Shown piece by piece: positions 18,953 to 28,960 of a DNA stretch of 64,000 bases (the stretch's first letter is position 1; each line of letters begins with the position of its first letter). The notes beneath the pieces were generated by a model that searched no databases, was not told the origin of the DNA, and saw nothing but the letters and a program-made list of their open reading frames with translations. The position numbers and the translations under genes are program-made. Location: positions 256,001 to 320,000 of the forward strand of contig CAVUWD010000006.1 in NCBI GenBank assembly GCA_963745025.1, given 5' to 3'. The stretch comes from an uncultured delta proteobacterium. GTDB taxonomy: Bacteria > Desulfobacterota > Binatia > JACPRU01.

Positions 18953-20476
18953 ATGCTCGCCACGGTCTTGTCGAGCGCGCTCCAGGGAATCGACGCGACG
19001 ATCGTCGACGTCGAGGTCGACCTCGGCCGCGGGTTGCCTCAGCTCCAGATCGTCGGACTTCCCGAGGCCGCCGTGCGGGAAAGCCGCGAACGGGTGCGCT
19101 CGGCGATTCGCAATTCGGGTTACGAGTTCCCGGCCGGGCGCACCACCATCAATCTCGCGCCTGCCGACCTCAAGAAAGAAGGATCGGCCTACGATTTACC
19201 GATCGCGCTCGGTCTGCTCGCCGCGTCGGGGAAGGTGCCGCGCGAGCGCCTTGCCGAGCACGTGGTACTCGGCGAGCTCTCACTCGACGGCCGGGTCAAG
19301 CCCATTCGCGGAGCGCTGGCGGTCGCCGATGCCACCGCCGCCCGCGGCCTGCGCCGGCTCGTGCTTCCCGCGGCGAACGCGCGCGAGGCGGCGCTCGTTT
19401 CCGGCGTGGAGGTTTACGGAGTCGCTTCGCTCGGCGAGGCCGTAGAATTCGTCCGCGGGGCGGTCGCCCTCGAGCCGTGTCGGGTCGACGCGCGTCGCTC
19501 CTTTCTGCGAACGACCGGGCCGGCCCTCGATCTGGCGGAAATCCGCGGGCAGCAGCTCGCCAAGCGTGCGCTCGAGGTCGCCGCCTCAGGAGGCCACAAT
19601 TTGCTTCTGATCGGGCCGCCGGGCGCTGGAAAGACCATGCTGGCGATGCGGATCGCCACGATCCTTCCCGAGCCGACGCTCGCTGAGGCGATCGAGATCA
19701 CCAAGATCCACAGCGTGGCCGGCTTGCTCGACGGCGAGCCGGTGCTCAACGTTCGTCCCTTCCGCACGCCGCACCACACGATCTCCGCCGCCGGCCTCGT
19801 CGGCGGTGGCCCCGTCCCGCGCCCCGGCGAAGTGTCACTCGCCCACAACGGCGTACTGTTCCTCGACGAGCTTCCCGAATTTCCACGCCACGTTCTCGAG
19901 GTGCTGCGCCAGCCGATGGAAGAGCGGCGTGTCACGCTCTCTCGTGCGCTGGGAAGCCTCACCTTTCCCGCGGGCTTCGTGCTCATCGCCGCGATGAACC
20001 CTTGTCCCTGCGGATTCTTCGGCGATCCCCGCCGCGCCTGCCTCTGCTCCGCAGCCGAGGTGCGGCGCTACCGCGGCCGAATTTCCGGACCGCTACTCGA
20101 TCGGATTGATCTGCAGGTCGAGGTGCCGGCGTTGCTGCCGAACGAAATCCGCGGCGGAACGCCGGGCGAGTCATCGGCCGAGGTCCGCCGCCGTGTGGAC
20201 CGAGCTCACAGCCGACAACTTGAACGATTCGCCGGCAAGAGGATCGTCTGCAATTCGCAAATGGGCGCGTGCGATTTGCGAAGTCACTGCGGGCTCGATT
20301 CGGCGGGCGAGCGGCTTCTCGACGCCGCGATCGACCGACTTCACCTGTCGGCAAGAGCTTACGGGCGGATCCTGAAGATCGCACGTACGATCGCGGATCT
20401 GGATGGACGGGATCGGATTCTCGCGCCACACGTGGCCGAATCGATCCAATATCGCACCCTCGATCGGTCGCCGTGA
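18953..20476 (+). CDS. comM: YifB/ComM Mg-chelatase-like AAA+ ATPase
   Basis: INLAPADLKKEG, GPPGAGKT, LFLDELPEF and AMNPCPCG. Confidence 0.9.
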   Translation: MLATVLSSALQGIDATIVDVEVDLGRGLPQLQIVGLPEAAVRESRERVRSAIRNSGYEFPAGRTTINLAPADLKKEGSAYDLPIALGLLAASGKVPRERLAEHVVLGELSLDGRVKPIRGALAVADATAARGLRRLVLPAANAREAALVSGVEVYGVASLGEAVEFVRGAVALEPCRVDARRSFLRTTGPALDLAEIRGQQLAKRALEVAASGGHNLLLIGPPGAGKTMLAMRIATILPEPTLAEAIEITKIHSVAGLLDGEPVLNVRPFRTPHHTISAAGLVGGGPVPRPGEVSLAHNGVLFLDELPEFPRHVLEVLRQPMEERRVTLSRALGSLTFPAGFVLIAAMNPCPCGFFGDPRRACLCSAAEVRRYRGRISGPLLDRIDLQVEVPALLPNEIRGGTPGESSAEVRRRVDRAHSRQLERFAGKRIVCNSQMGACDLRSHCGLDSAGERLLDAAIDRLHLSARAYGRILKIARTIADLDGRDRILAPHVAESIQYRTLDRSP

Positions 20477-20530
20477 ACGGGTCTCGAAACGAAACCTCCC
20501 GATTGGCGCGAGAGTCGATCTCCACCCGTT

Positions 20531-22969
20531 TCAGCGATAGATCTCCATCAGCTCGATCACGCCGAGCTTCTTCATCATCCCGAACAGGTAACCCTTGATC
20601 TCCTGAGCGCTCGGCATCTCGAGCACTTTGTGCGCTATTTCCCGAGCCGTCGCGTGTTCGATGCTGCGCACCAGCCGCTTGATCGAGGGGATGTAGAACG
20701 ATCCCATGCTCAGCTGATCGATACCAAACCCGATCAGCACCAGCGCGCAAAGCGGATTCGCCGCCATCTCGCCGCAGATCCCGAGTGGCTTTCCGGCCTT
20801 CTTCGCAGCACGAACGGTGGCGGCGACCGCCCGCAGCACGGCCGGATGCAGCGGCTCGTAGAGCGGAGATACTTTGCGGTTGTTGCGGTCGACCGCCAGC
20901 AGGTACTGGGTCAAATCGTTGGTGCCGAGGCTCAGGAAGTCGACCTCGCGCGCCAGCTCTTCGGCCTGCATCACGGCCGAGGGGACCTCGACCATGATAC
21001 CGACCGGCATGCCCTCGTCGAAGGGGATCCCGGCTTGCCGCAACTCCCGCCGCGCCTCTTCGAGGAGCTCCTTGGTGCGCCACACCTCTTCGAGACTCGA
21101 GATCATCGGCACCAACAGCCGCACACGGGCGTGCACGCTGGCGCGAAGGATCGCCCGGAGTTGCACTTTGAAGAGGTCCGGCAGCTCGAGCGAGATGCGG
21201 ATCGAGCGCCAGCCGAGGAAGGGGTTCTCCTCCTTGGCGAGCCGCAGGTAGCTCGGATACTTGTCGGCACCGAGATCGAGCGTGCGCAGCGTGAGGCGCT
21301 TCGGGCCAAGCGCGGCGATCACGCGGCGGTAGAGGCGAAGCTGCTCCTCCTCGTCGGGAAACTCGCGATACGTGAGAAAGGGAAACTCGGTTCGGTAGAG
21401 CCCGACCCCCTCGGCCCCGTGGCGATTGGCGAAGGCCAAATCCCCCAGCAGCCCGATGTTGGCTTCGAGAGTGACACGGTGGCCGTCCAGAGTCTCGGCG
21501 GGCAAATCGTGCAGCGACTCGAGATCTCGGTTGAAGGCACGATATTCCCGGTCGAGCCGCTCGTACTCCGCGAGCACGTCCTTCGAAGGCCGAACGTAGA
21601 CGATGCCCGAGTTGCCGTCCACGATCAGAAGGTCGCTCTCCTGCACGGATTCGAGCAGTGAATCGACGCCCACGACGGTCGGGATCTCGAAGGATTTGGC
21701 GAGAATCGTCGCGTGCGATGTGGCGCCACCGGTGGCGAGCGCGATGCCGGTCAGGTGCTCCGGCTCGATGGCGGCTAGATCCGAAAGTGTCAGCTCCTCG
21801 GCGATGAGGATCCCCTCTTCCGGCAGCTCGCGTGCATCCTCGACACCGAGCAGGTTCCGGAGCAGCCGGTGTCCGATGTCACGCACGTCGGTCGCCCGTT
21901 CGCGGAGGTAGCGATCGGTCATGCGCGCGAACGCTCCGACGTACTCGTCGATCGTGAACTGCAGCGCCGTTTCCGCAGCGAAGCCGTCGTCGATGAACCC
22001 GCGAATCTTGTCGAGGAAGCTCTTGTCCTCGAGCATCATCCGGTGTGTGTCGAAGAGGCTCGAGTCTACTTCCGGCACGCGATCGCTCATCCGCGACTTG
22101 AGGCCCTCGACTTCGCCGAGAGCTTGCCGAAGCGCCTTCTGGAAGCGCTCCCACTCCAAAGAAGGATTGTCGCTGCGTAGCTCGCCCACCTGGTCGAAGC
22201 TCACCAGCGGACGCAGCACGTGCGCGCGACCGATACCAAAGCCGGGCGCAGCGGGGACACCCACCAGGCGCGACGCGCGGGGGCCGTCTTCGACCGATGG
22301 CTGGTCGGCGTCCTGCCGCTTCTCGTACGCGCGCAGCTGCTGGATCGCGGAGACCATGCGCTGGCGGTATTCGTTCCGTTCCTTCTCCTTGCTCTCCAGC
22401 GACTCCGAGAGCCGAAGCTGAACGATGATGCTCGCAACCTGAGCCGCGATGGCCTTCATGAGACGGAGTTCGTCACCACCGAAGCGCCGCCGCCGCAGCG
22501 TCTGCACGACGAGCACGCCGAGAGGCTTCTTCCGCTCCACCACCGGAACGCCCAGAAACGAGTGGTAACGCTCCTCACCCGTCTCGGGGAAATACTTGTA
22601 GCGGGGATGGGCGAGCGCATCGACGACCATCACCGGCTCGAGGCGTTCGAGCACGAGGCCCGTGAGCCCTTCTTTGAGTCCCATGTGCACCTTGCCGATG
22701 GTCGCCTTGTTCAGGCCCTCGGTGGCCCAGAGCGTCAACCGGTGTGCACGCGGTTCGTAGATGTAGAGCGAGCAGACCTCCGTGCTCGTCCTCTCGGCGA
22801 CCACCCGCACGATGCTTTCGAGCGACTCCTGGAGGTCGTGCGAGCTCGAGAGAATCGCGCCGATGTCCTCGAGGACCGAGAGGCCGTGGGAAGCCGGGCG
22901 TGCGCGTGCCGGGTTCGCGTGGCTTCGGCGCGCCCTCTTGACTGCGGGCGTTTCTTTGGCGCGATTCAT
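20531..22969 (-). CDS. ptsP: Phosphoenolpyruvate-protein phosphotransferase EI(Ntr) with GAF domain
   Basis: N-terminal GAF domain, TSHATI phospho-His, GLYRTEF and GTNDLTQY. Confidence 0.92.
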   Translation of the reverse strand: MNRAKETPAVKRARRSHANPARARPASHGLSVLEDIGAILSSSHDLQESLESIVRVVAERTSTEVCSLYIYEPRAHRLTLWATEGLNKATIGKVHMGLKEGLTGLVLERLEPVMVVDALAHPRYKYFPETGEERYHSFLGVPVVERKKPLGVLVVQTLRRRRFGGDELRLMKAIAAQVASIIVQLRLSESLESKEKERNEYRQRMVSAIQQLRAYEKRQDADQPSVEDGPRASRLVGVPAAPGFGIGRAHVLRPLVSFDQVGELRSDNPSLEWERFQKALRQALGEVEGLKSRMSDRVPEVDSSLFDTHRMMLEDKSFLDKIRGFIDDGFAAETALQFTIDEYVGAFARMTDRYLRERATDVRDIGHRLLRNLLGVEDARELPEEGILIAEELTLSDLAAIEPEHLTGIALATGGATSHATILAKSFEIPTVVGVDSLLESVQESDLLIVDGNSGIVYVRPSKDVLAEYERLDREYRAFNRDLESLHDLPAETLDGHRVTLEANIGLLGDLAFANRHGAEGVGLYRTEFPFLTYREFPDEEEQLRLYRRVIAALGPKRLTLRTLDLGADKYPSYLRLAKEENPFLGWRSIRISLELPDLFKVQLRAILRASVHARVRLLVPMISSLEEVWRTKELLEEARRELRQAGIPFDEGMPVGIMVEVPSAVMQAEELAREVDFLSLGTNDLTQYLLAVDRNNRKVSPLYEPLHPAVLRAVAATVRAAKKAGKPLGICGEMAANPLCALVLIGFGIDQLSMGSFYIPSIKRLVRSIEHATAREIAHKVLEMPSAQEIKGYLFGMMKKLGVIELMEIYR

Positions 22970-22989
22970 GGAACGCGGTGGATGATACC

Positions 22990-23811
22990 TCAGGCCCCGT
23001 GCAACCGAGAAGAGGCGTTGCCTTGACGGAAATCGAGGATGGCTCGGCCCCCACCGAGGCGAGCCGCGCGGCGCAGCCGTGCCTCGACGAAGCGCTTGGC
23101 ACGGCTCACGGCTTCATCGATGCCTCGTCCGGCGGCGAGGTGCGCCGCCAAGGCCGCCGAGAACACGCAGCCGGTGCCGTGTGCATCCTTGCCGATGCGG
23201 CGCCCGGAGACCCGGCGGATTCCCCGCCGGTCCGCTACGACGTCGATCGGATCACCGGCGAAATGTCCGCCCGTAACCACGACGGCTCGCGGACCGAGTT
23301 CGAGGATGCGTCGGCAGGCTTCCGCGGCGCTATCGAGGTCGACGACCTCGATCGCCGCGAGCATCGAAGCTTCTGCCAGATTCGGCGTCACCACCCGCGC
23401 GAGCGGCAGCAGCGACTCGCGAAGCGCGCATACACCTCCGCGGTCGAGAAGCTCCGCTCCGCTGGTCGAGCGAATGACGGGATCGACGACGAGGTTCCGT
23501 GGCCGCGCGCGCGCCAGCGCCGCCGCCACCGCCTCGACCACCGATCGGTTGCAGAGCATTCCCGTCTTGACGACGTCCGCGCCAAGGTCGTCGAGCACCG
23601 CCTCGATCTGACGGGCAACGAGTGCCGCCGACACCGGGCGGACTTCCAAGACCCCGCGCGTGTCCTGAACGGTCAGCGCGGTTACCGCGCTCGAGCCGAA
23701 TACTCCGAGCGCCGCGAACGTCGCGAGATCGGCCTGGAGCCCGGCGCCGCCACTCGTGTCCGAGCCCGCGACGGTGAGCGCACGCAGGGGTTTGCCGCGC
23801 GCTCGCTTCAT
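22990..23811 (-). CDS. thiD: Hydroxymethylpyrimidine/phosphomethylpyrimidine kinase
   Basis: AGSDTSGGAGLQAD, KTGML, TPNLAE and HGTGC. Confidence 0.92.
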   Translation of the reverse strand: MKRARGKPLRALTVAGSDTSGGAGLQADLATFAALGVFGSSAVTALTVQDTRGVLEVRPVSAALVARQIEAVLDDLGADVVKTGMLCNRSVVEAVAAALARARPRNLVVDPVIRSTSGAELLDRGGVCALRESLLPLARVVTPNLAEASMLAAIEVVDLDSAAEACRRILELGPRAVVVTGGHFAGDPIDVVADRRGIRRVSGRRIGKDAHGTGCVFSAALAAHLAAGRGIDEAVSRAKRFVEARLRRAARLGGGRAILDFRQGNASSRLHGA

Positions 23812-24959
23812 TGGCTGCGGCAAAATGCAGCCACCGTCTCGACCACGTGATCGAGCTGTTCGTCCGTGAGTTCGGGATAGATGGGGAGCGCGAGGCACTC
23901 CCGGCTCGCACGCTCCGCCTCCGGAAACTGCCCCGCGCGGAATCCGAGTGGGGCGAAGCAAGGCTGCCGGTGAAGGGGGATCGGGTAGTAAACCTGCGTC
24001 TCGACGCCCGCCTCGCCGAGCGCGGCCCGCAGCTCGTCGCGCCGGTCGGCGCGGAGCACGTATTGATGGAAGACGTGCTCCTCTCCGGCGTCCTGCGGAA
24101 GCCGGATCCAGCGTGGCTCGAGGCCGGCCTCGCGAAAGCGCCGCGAGTACGCGGTGGCTCGCTCGCGCCGCGCCGCGTTCCAGCGCTCGAGGTGCGGCAG
24201 CTTCACCGAGAGCAGCGCCGCCTGGAGCGCATCGAGCCGCGAATTCACCCCGACCCGCTCGTGAACGTAGCGCTGCACGCCGCCATGCGTGCGCAGCATC
24301 CGCACGCGCTCGGCCATTCGATCGTCCGCACAAAGCACCATGCCGGCATCGCCGGCGGCGCCGAGATTCTTCGAGGGGAAGAAGGAGAGCGCGCCGAACA
24401 AGCCGAACGTGCCGGCCATGCGCACCGTCGTCCCCTCCCCCGTGCGGCCGCGCGCGCCGACCGCTTGCGCCGCGTCTTCGACGATCGTCGCACCGTGCTC
24501 GGCGGTGGTCCTCGATAGCGCCGCCATCGGCGCGACTCGCCCGTAGAGATGGACGGGCATCAGCACGGTGCGCCGCGCCGAGCGCGCCGTCTCCGCGAGC
24601 GCGGCGGCGACCGCGGCAGGCGCGAGATTGAACGTCTCGGGATCGATGTCGGCGAAGACCAGGCGGGCACCGGTTCGCGCGATCGAGCCGGCGGTGGCGA
24701 AGAACGTGAACGGCGTCGTCACCACCGCGTCCTCCGGCCCGATCTCGAGAGCCATCAACGCGAGCAGCAGCGCGTCGCTGCCCGAGGCGACTCCGATCGC
24801 GTGCCGCGTCCCCGTATAGGCCCTCATCTCGGCTTCGAAGCGCTCGACGGTCGGGCCGAGGACGAACTGCTGGTCGGCGAATACCTGCGCCACCGCGCGC
24901 TCGGCGTCGTGGCGGATCGTCTCGTACTGCGCCCGCAGATCCAGCAGCGGAACTCTCAC
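23808..24959 (-). CDS. DegT/DnrJ/EryC1/StrS-family PLP aminotransferase
   Basis: SGSDAL, VEDAAQA, SFFPSKNLG and NSRLD. Confidence 0.92.
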   Translation of the reverse strand: MRVPLLDLRAQYETIRHDAERAVAQVFADQQFVLGPTVERFEAEMRAYTGTRHAIGVASGSDALLLALMALEIGPEDAVVTTPFTFFATAGSIARTGARLVFADIDPETFNLAPAAVAAALAETARSARRTVLMPVHLYGRVAPMAALSRTTAEHGATIVEDAAQAVGARGRTGEGTTVRMAGTFGLFGALSFFPSKNLGAAGDAGMVLCADDRMAERVRMLRTHGGVQRYVHERVGVNSRLDALQAALLSVKLPHLERWNAARRERATAYSRRFREAGLEPRWIRLPQDAGEEHVFHQYVLRADRRDELRAALGEAGVETQVYYPIPLHRQPCFAPLGFRAGQFPEAERASRECLALPIYPELTDEQLDHVVETVAAFCRSQ

Positions 24960-25831
24960 CCCGCCGCTCCCGCTCGAGGGCGAAAGACGAGCGAGGCGTA
25001 GCTCACCGAGTGCTCGTAGTCTCCGGTCACGTCGAGCGAGGTCGAGTACGCGGCGACTTCCCCGACGAGGCGCCGTGCGCACAGGTGCAGAAAGGCCGTG
25101 ATCGGCCCTCGGCCACAGACCGTGATGCCCGTCGCGTGCACGTAGCGCTCGAACCCGTCGACGTCGCCATGGCAGATCCGATCGATCGCACCAAAGTCGA
25201 GACGGCGAAGCTCCTCGGAAACGAACTCGGGTCCGTCCGGAGGAAACGGCAAGTAGCCGAACTGCGCCCCGTAATGCGTGAAGTCGGAGCTGACGACGAA
25301 GAGCGTGTCCCCGTCGTCGAGCACGCCGAGCGCCGGTGCGAGCGCGGCAAGCTGCGTGGAATCGTCGGGCGCGCCCACCAGCACGGGCACCAGCTCGATG
25401 GACGGATCAACGACTTGCAGAAACGGCAGCTCGATTTCCAGAGAATGCTCGCGCGCATACGGCCGAGCCGTCGCGGTGAACAGATCGCACGCGGCGAGCT
25501 CCCGCGCCGCTTCGCGGTCGACGCGAACGACGCCGAGCGGTGTCGCAAAACCCGCTCCCGGAAACACCGCCGCTCCGGCGAAGGCGTGGTAGTGACTGGG
25601 GGCGACGACGACCGCCCGGTGCCAGCGCCCGCGGCCAACCTTCGCGAACGCCGCGCCGGCGGCTTTTCCGGAATAGCGGTAACCGGCGTGCGGTACGAGG
25701 ATCGCGCGAAGCGCGGGATCCGCGCTCCGCCTCTCGCCGAGGAATCGCTCCACGTTGGCGCGCAACTCTTCGGGATCCTCTGGATACCAGCTTCCGGCGA
25801 GGTTCGCGGAATGGATTTCGACGGTGCTCAT
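24956..25831 (-). CDS. amrB: AmmeMemoRadiSam system protein B (MEMO1-like)
   Basis: AGSWYP, PHAGYRYSG, EHSLE, SSDFTHYG, TVCG and SVSYAS. Confidence 0.88.
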   Translation of the reverse strand: MSTVEIHSANLAGSWYPEDPEELRANVERFLGERRSADPALRAILVPHAGYRYSGKAAGAAFAKVGRGRWHRAVVVAPSHYHAFAGAAVFPGAGFATPLGVVRVDREAARELAACDLFTATARPYAREHSLEIELPFLQVVDPSIELVPVLVGAPDDSTQLAALAPALGVLDDGDTLFVVSSDFTHYGAQFGYLPFPPDGPEFVSEELRRLDFGAIDRICHGDVDGFERYVHATGITVCGRGPITAFLHLCARRLVGEVAAYSTSLDVTGDYEHSVSYASLVFRPRAGAAG

Positions 25832-25837
25832 CCCAGC

Positions 25838-26635
25838 TCACGGCCCAATCGCTGCAACGAGCGCCGTCATCGTTTCGCCTGCCTTGCCCCGCAGCAGCAC
25901 GGTTGCGAGTCGGTCGCACGGCGTGGGCTCGAAATTGACGATGATGAGCTTCGCTCCCGACTCGACGGCGCGGACGGGCAAGTATGCGGCCGGATGCACC
26001 ACCAGCGACGAGCCGATGACGAGAAACACCTCGGCGCGCTCGGCGTGCTCGAAGGCGAGCGCCGTCTCCCTCTCTGGCATCGCTTGGCCGAACGACACCG
26101 TGGCCGGCTTGAGAATACCCCCGCACGAGCGGCACTCGGGTGCCCCCTCCCCCGCTTGCACCCGCGCTTGGACGTCCTCACGCGGCAGGCGATCGCCGCA
26201 CGAGAGGCAAACCACCGAAAGCGCCGTGCCGTGGATCTCGATCACCCGCTCGGGCGAGCTCCCGGCCCGCTGGTGCAGGCCGTCGATGTTCTGAGTGATC
26301 ACCGCGCGCACGCGCCCTCGTCGCTCGAGCTCGGCCACCGCATGATGTGCCGCATTCGGCTCCGCCGCTGCGAGCACCGGATGAATGTCCAGGCTCATCT
26401 TCCAATAGCGTTCCCGATGCGCGCGATTGGCGACGAAATTCTGATAGGTGAATTCCTCCGGATCGTATTTCGTCCAGATCCCACCCGGGCTGCGAAAATC
26501 CGGGATGCCGGACTCGGTGCTGATACCCGCGCCGGTGAGGACCACGACATTCCGCGACTGTGACAACAGCTCCGCGGCGTGTTGGAGAGGCGAGGACAAC
26601 ACCGCGATTTTTTCACTCGTCGGGGAGTCGGTCAA
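25838..26635 (-). CDS. cobB: NAD-dependent protein deacylase (sirtuin)
   Basis: GAGISTESGIPDFR, TQNIDGLH, HG and Zn-binding CxxC pairs. Confidence 0.9.
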   Translation of the reverse strand: MTDSPTSEKIAVLSSPLQHAAELLSQSRNVVVLTGAGISTESGIPDFRSPGGIWTKYDPEEFTYQNFVANRAHRERYWKMSLDIHPVLAAAEPNAAHHAVAELERRGRVRAVITQNIDGLHQRAGSSPERVIEIHGTALSVVCLSCGDRLPREDVQARVQAGEGAPECRSCGGILKPATVSFGQAMPERETALAFEHAERAEVFLVIGSSLVVHPAAYLPVRAVESGAKLIIVNFEPTPCDRLATVLLRGKAGETMTALVAAIGP

Positions 26636-26692
26636 TCACGCGACCGCGCCGGCGGCATGAGCCGGCAAAGGGCTACCACCCGAACCTCTACC

Positions 26693-27691
26693 TCACGACA
26701 AGAACTGCCACTTCGTCATCGTCCACATGTCGCTCCAGCTGCCGCCGAGCTTGCGGACGACGGAGGGCTCGAAGCCCGAGTGCATGAAACAGTTCTGGCA
26801 GCGCTCGTCCTCGCGGCGCTCCCAATAGTCCCAGTCGACCTGGCTCCAGAACTCGTCCCAGGTCGGATAGTACTTCTCGCCGATCAGATAGCAGGGCCCC
26901 TTCCAGCCAAGCGGCGTGCGCGTGACGTTGCCCCACGGCGTGCAGGGGTATTCGCGTCGGCCGGCGGCGAACTCGAGGAACAGCGGCGTGTTGTAGACTG
27001 GATATCTGGCCGCGAGCGCGAGAACATGGGTGAACTTCTCGTGGATCTCCTTGCGGAACATGAAATGGTCAGTGGACAGCTTCTCGTAACTGTATCCGGG
27101 CGAGATGAACATGCCCTTGACGCCGAGTCCGGCCAGCAGCCGCATCATCTCTTCGATCTCTTCGATCGAGGTTTCCCTGAAGACCGTCGTGTTGGTGCAG
27201 ACGTTGTAACCGAGAGAGAGGCCCTTCTCGATCATCGCAATCGCCTTGTCGAACACCCCGTCGCGGTCGCAAACGAAGTCGTGCGTCTCCCTCATGCCGT
27301 CGAGGTGGACGTTGATCGACAAGCGGGAGTCCGGCTTGGCCTTCTCGAAGAAGCGGTCCAACAGGATGCCGTTCGTGCAGAGATAGATGTGGCGTTTGCG
27401 CTCGATGGCGGCCTCGACGAGCGGAACGAGCTCCGGATAAATCGTCGGCTCACCTCCGCAGATCGAGATAACTGGAGCACCGGACTCATCCAGCGCCTGG
27501 ACGCACTGGTCGAGGGAAAGGCGTTTACGGATGTCGCCCGTATGCCGTTCCGGGGTGCAGCCGAGGCACGCGAGATTGCACGTATAGAGCGGCTCGAGCA
27601 TCAAAACGAGCGGAAACCGCTTGTTTCCCTTGAGTTTGTTCTTAACCTGCCACCGCATCATATCGGTGGTGATGTGCATCGGAAAGCGCAT
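26693..27691 (-). CDS. hpnH: Adenosyl-hopene transferase, radical SAM
   Basis: RFPLVLMLEPLYTCNLACLGC, CTPWGN, CYL and CxNCxxHSGFE; adjacent to an hpnG-like gene. Confidence 0.85.
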   Translation of the reverse strand: MRFPMHITTDMMRWQVKNKLKGNKRFPLVLMLEPLYTCNLACLGCTPERHTGDIRKRLSLDQCVQALDESGAPVISICGGEPTIYPELVPLVEAAIERKRHIYLCTNGILLDRFFEKAKPDSRLSINVHLDGMRETHDFVCDRDGVFDKAIAMIEKGLSLGYNVCTNTTVFRETSIEEIEEMMRLLAGLGVKGMFISPGYSYEKLSTDHFMFRKEIHEKFTHVLALAARYPVYNTPLFLEFAAGRREYPCTPWGNVTRTPLGWKGPCYLIGEKYYPTWDEFWSQVDWDYWERREDERCQNCFMHSGFEPSVVRKLGGSWSDMWTMTKWQFLS

Positions 27692-27735
27692 GCCGTTTCT
27701 TCCTCCGCTCGGCTTACGGGTGCTTGACCATCTGG

Positions 27736-28527
27736 TCAGGAACTTCCTTTAGCGGACGTCACTGATTTTGGCAACACACCATCGTGCGACAAGCCCCGAA
27801 TCAATTCGCGATGGACGGCCGCCAGGGCGCGGCGGCACTTTAGAGTGGCGGCCGCCAGCCGAGCGAGCTCGAGGATCAGCGCCGGCCTCCGTCCGATCGC
27901 GCGAAGCAGCAACCGAGCCGATGGGCTACCCGCATCGGTCGTGATCCCCGGGATCTCCGGCGGGAGTGACGTCTCTACCGGATCGAGAATCACCCGCGCG
28001 GCGGCGAACTCGATGCCGGCCGCTTGGGCCCATTCGGCAAGCGCCGCACCCTCCATTTCTACCGCCCGAGCGTTCGCTTCCTCGCCGAGGCGCCGCTTTT
28101 CTTCCGAACCCAAGAGCACCCTTGAGGTCGTCAACATGCGGCTCTCCCAGACGGGCACCCGGGCGTCTACCGCCGCCCTGCGGTAGCGCTCGCGCCAGGC
28201 GGCGTTGGTGGCGATCGCGCCCCCGCGAGCGTCGACGATCTCTTCGGCAACAACTACGTCGCCGCTACGGGGTCCCGCGACGAGTGAGCCGGCACAGCCG
28301 GTCGAAAGCACGACGGTCGGTCGCATGACCTCCGCCGCCCACCGAATCGCCGCCCTGGCACGTTCGGATCCCATTCCAGTTTGCAGGATCCACAGGCCTC
28401 GGTGCTGCTCGTTGCCCCGCAACATCCTAGCGCCGTCCTTGCGACCAAACGGAAGCGCATCGATTTCGCGAGCGATCGCAGCCCTCTCCCAACCCAGCGC
28501 AACGACGAACAAAATTCCGCATTCCAT
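27736..28527 (-). CDS. hpnG: Hopanoid-associated nucleoside phosphorylase/nucleosidase
   Basis: TGMG, TGCAGSL, AVEME and RVILD PNP/MTAN motifs; upstream of hpnH. Confidence 0.7.
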   Translation of the reverse strand: MECGILFVVALGWERAAIAREIDALPFGRKDGARMLRGNEQHRGLWILQTGMGSERARAAIRWAAEVMRPTVVLSTGCAGSLVAGPRSGDVVVAEEIVDARGGAIATNAAWRERYRRAAVDARVPVWESRMLTTSRVLLGSEEKRRLGEEANARAVEMEGAALAEWAQAAGIEFAAARVILDPVETSLPPEIPGITTDAGSPSARLLLRAIGRRPALILELARLAAATLKCRRALAAVHRELIRGLSHDGVLPKSVTSAKGSS

Positions 28528-28636
28528 GAATTTGTTCTCTTTGCTTGTACCGCGGCGAAATCCGGGGTTCGGCTCACTCCCTATCGCGAAGCTGCAGAAT
28601 CGTCACGCGGAAGCGAGCTGGAGACTAACTCCCGCC

Positions 28637-28880
28637 GTAACGCCTCAGTCTTCGCCTCGAATGCTTCGGAACGACGAAGAGCGCGGTCGGTTGTGATCGG
28701 CCCGTACTCGGGTCGATCACAACCGACCGGAGCGCGGAAGCCAATAACCCACGAGATGGTCTATTGCTTTCCGCGCTTGCGCGCGGTGGCTGGATCTTCC
28801 GGTCGACCCGAGCACGGGCCGACCGGAAGATCCAGCGCTTCAAAAATTTCCAGCGCGTGTGGCCAAGACTGAGGCATTAC
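28637..28880. mobile_element. MITE-like element, copy B (intact, with target-site duplication)
   Basis: TIRs GTAACGCCTCAGTCTT / AAGACTGAGGCATTAC; 8-bp direct repeat CTCCCGCC at 28629-28636 and 28881-28888. Confidence 0.8.
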
Positions 28881-28960
28881 CTCCCGCCCGTCTCGCCCGG
28901 CTTCGAGCCGTCACACGGTGTTGACCGCGTTTTCGACGGCGCGTAGTCTTTCGCACCGAG

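Noticed and set aside
24956-27691. Complete AmmeMemoRadiSam system (MEMO plus radical SAM)
   Set aside because: The radical SAM protein is HpnH-like rather than AmrS, and no AMMECR1 gene is present.
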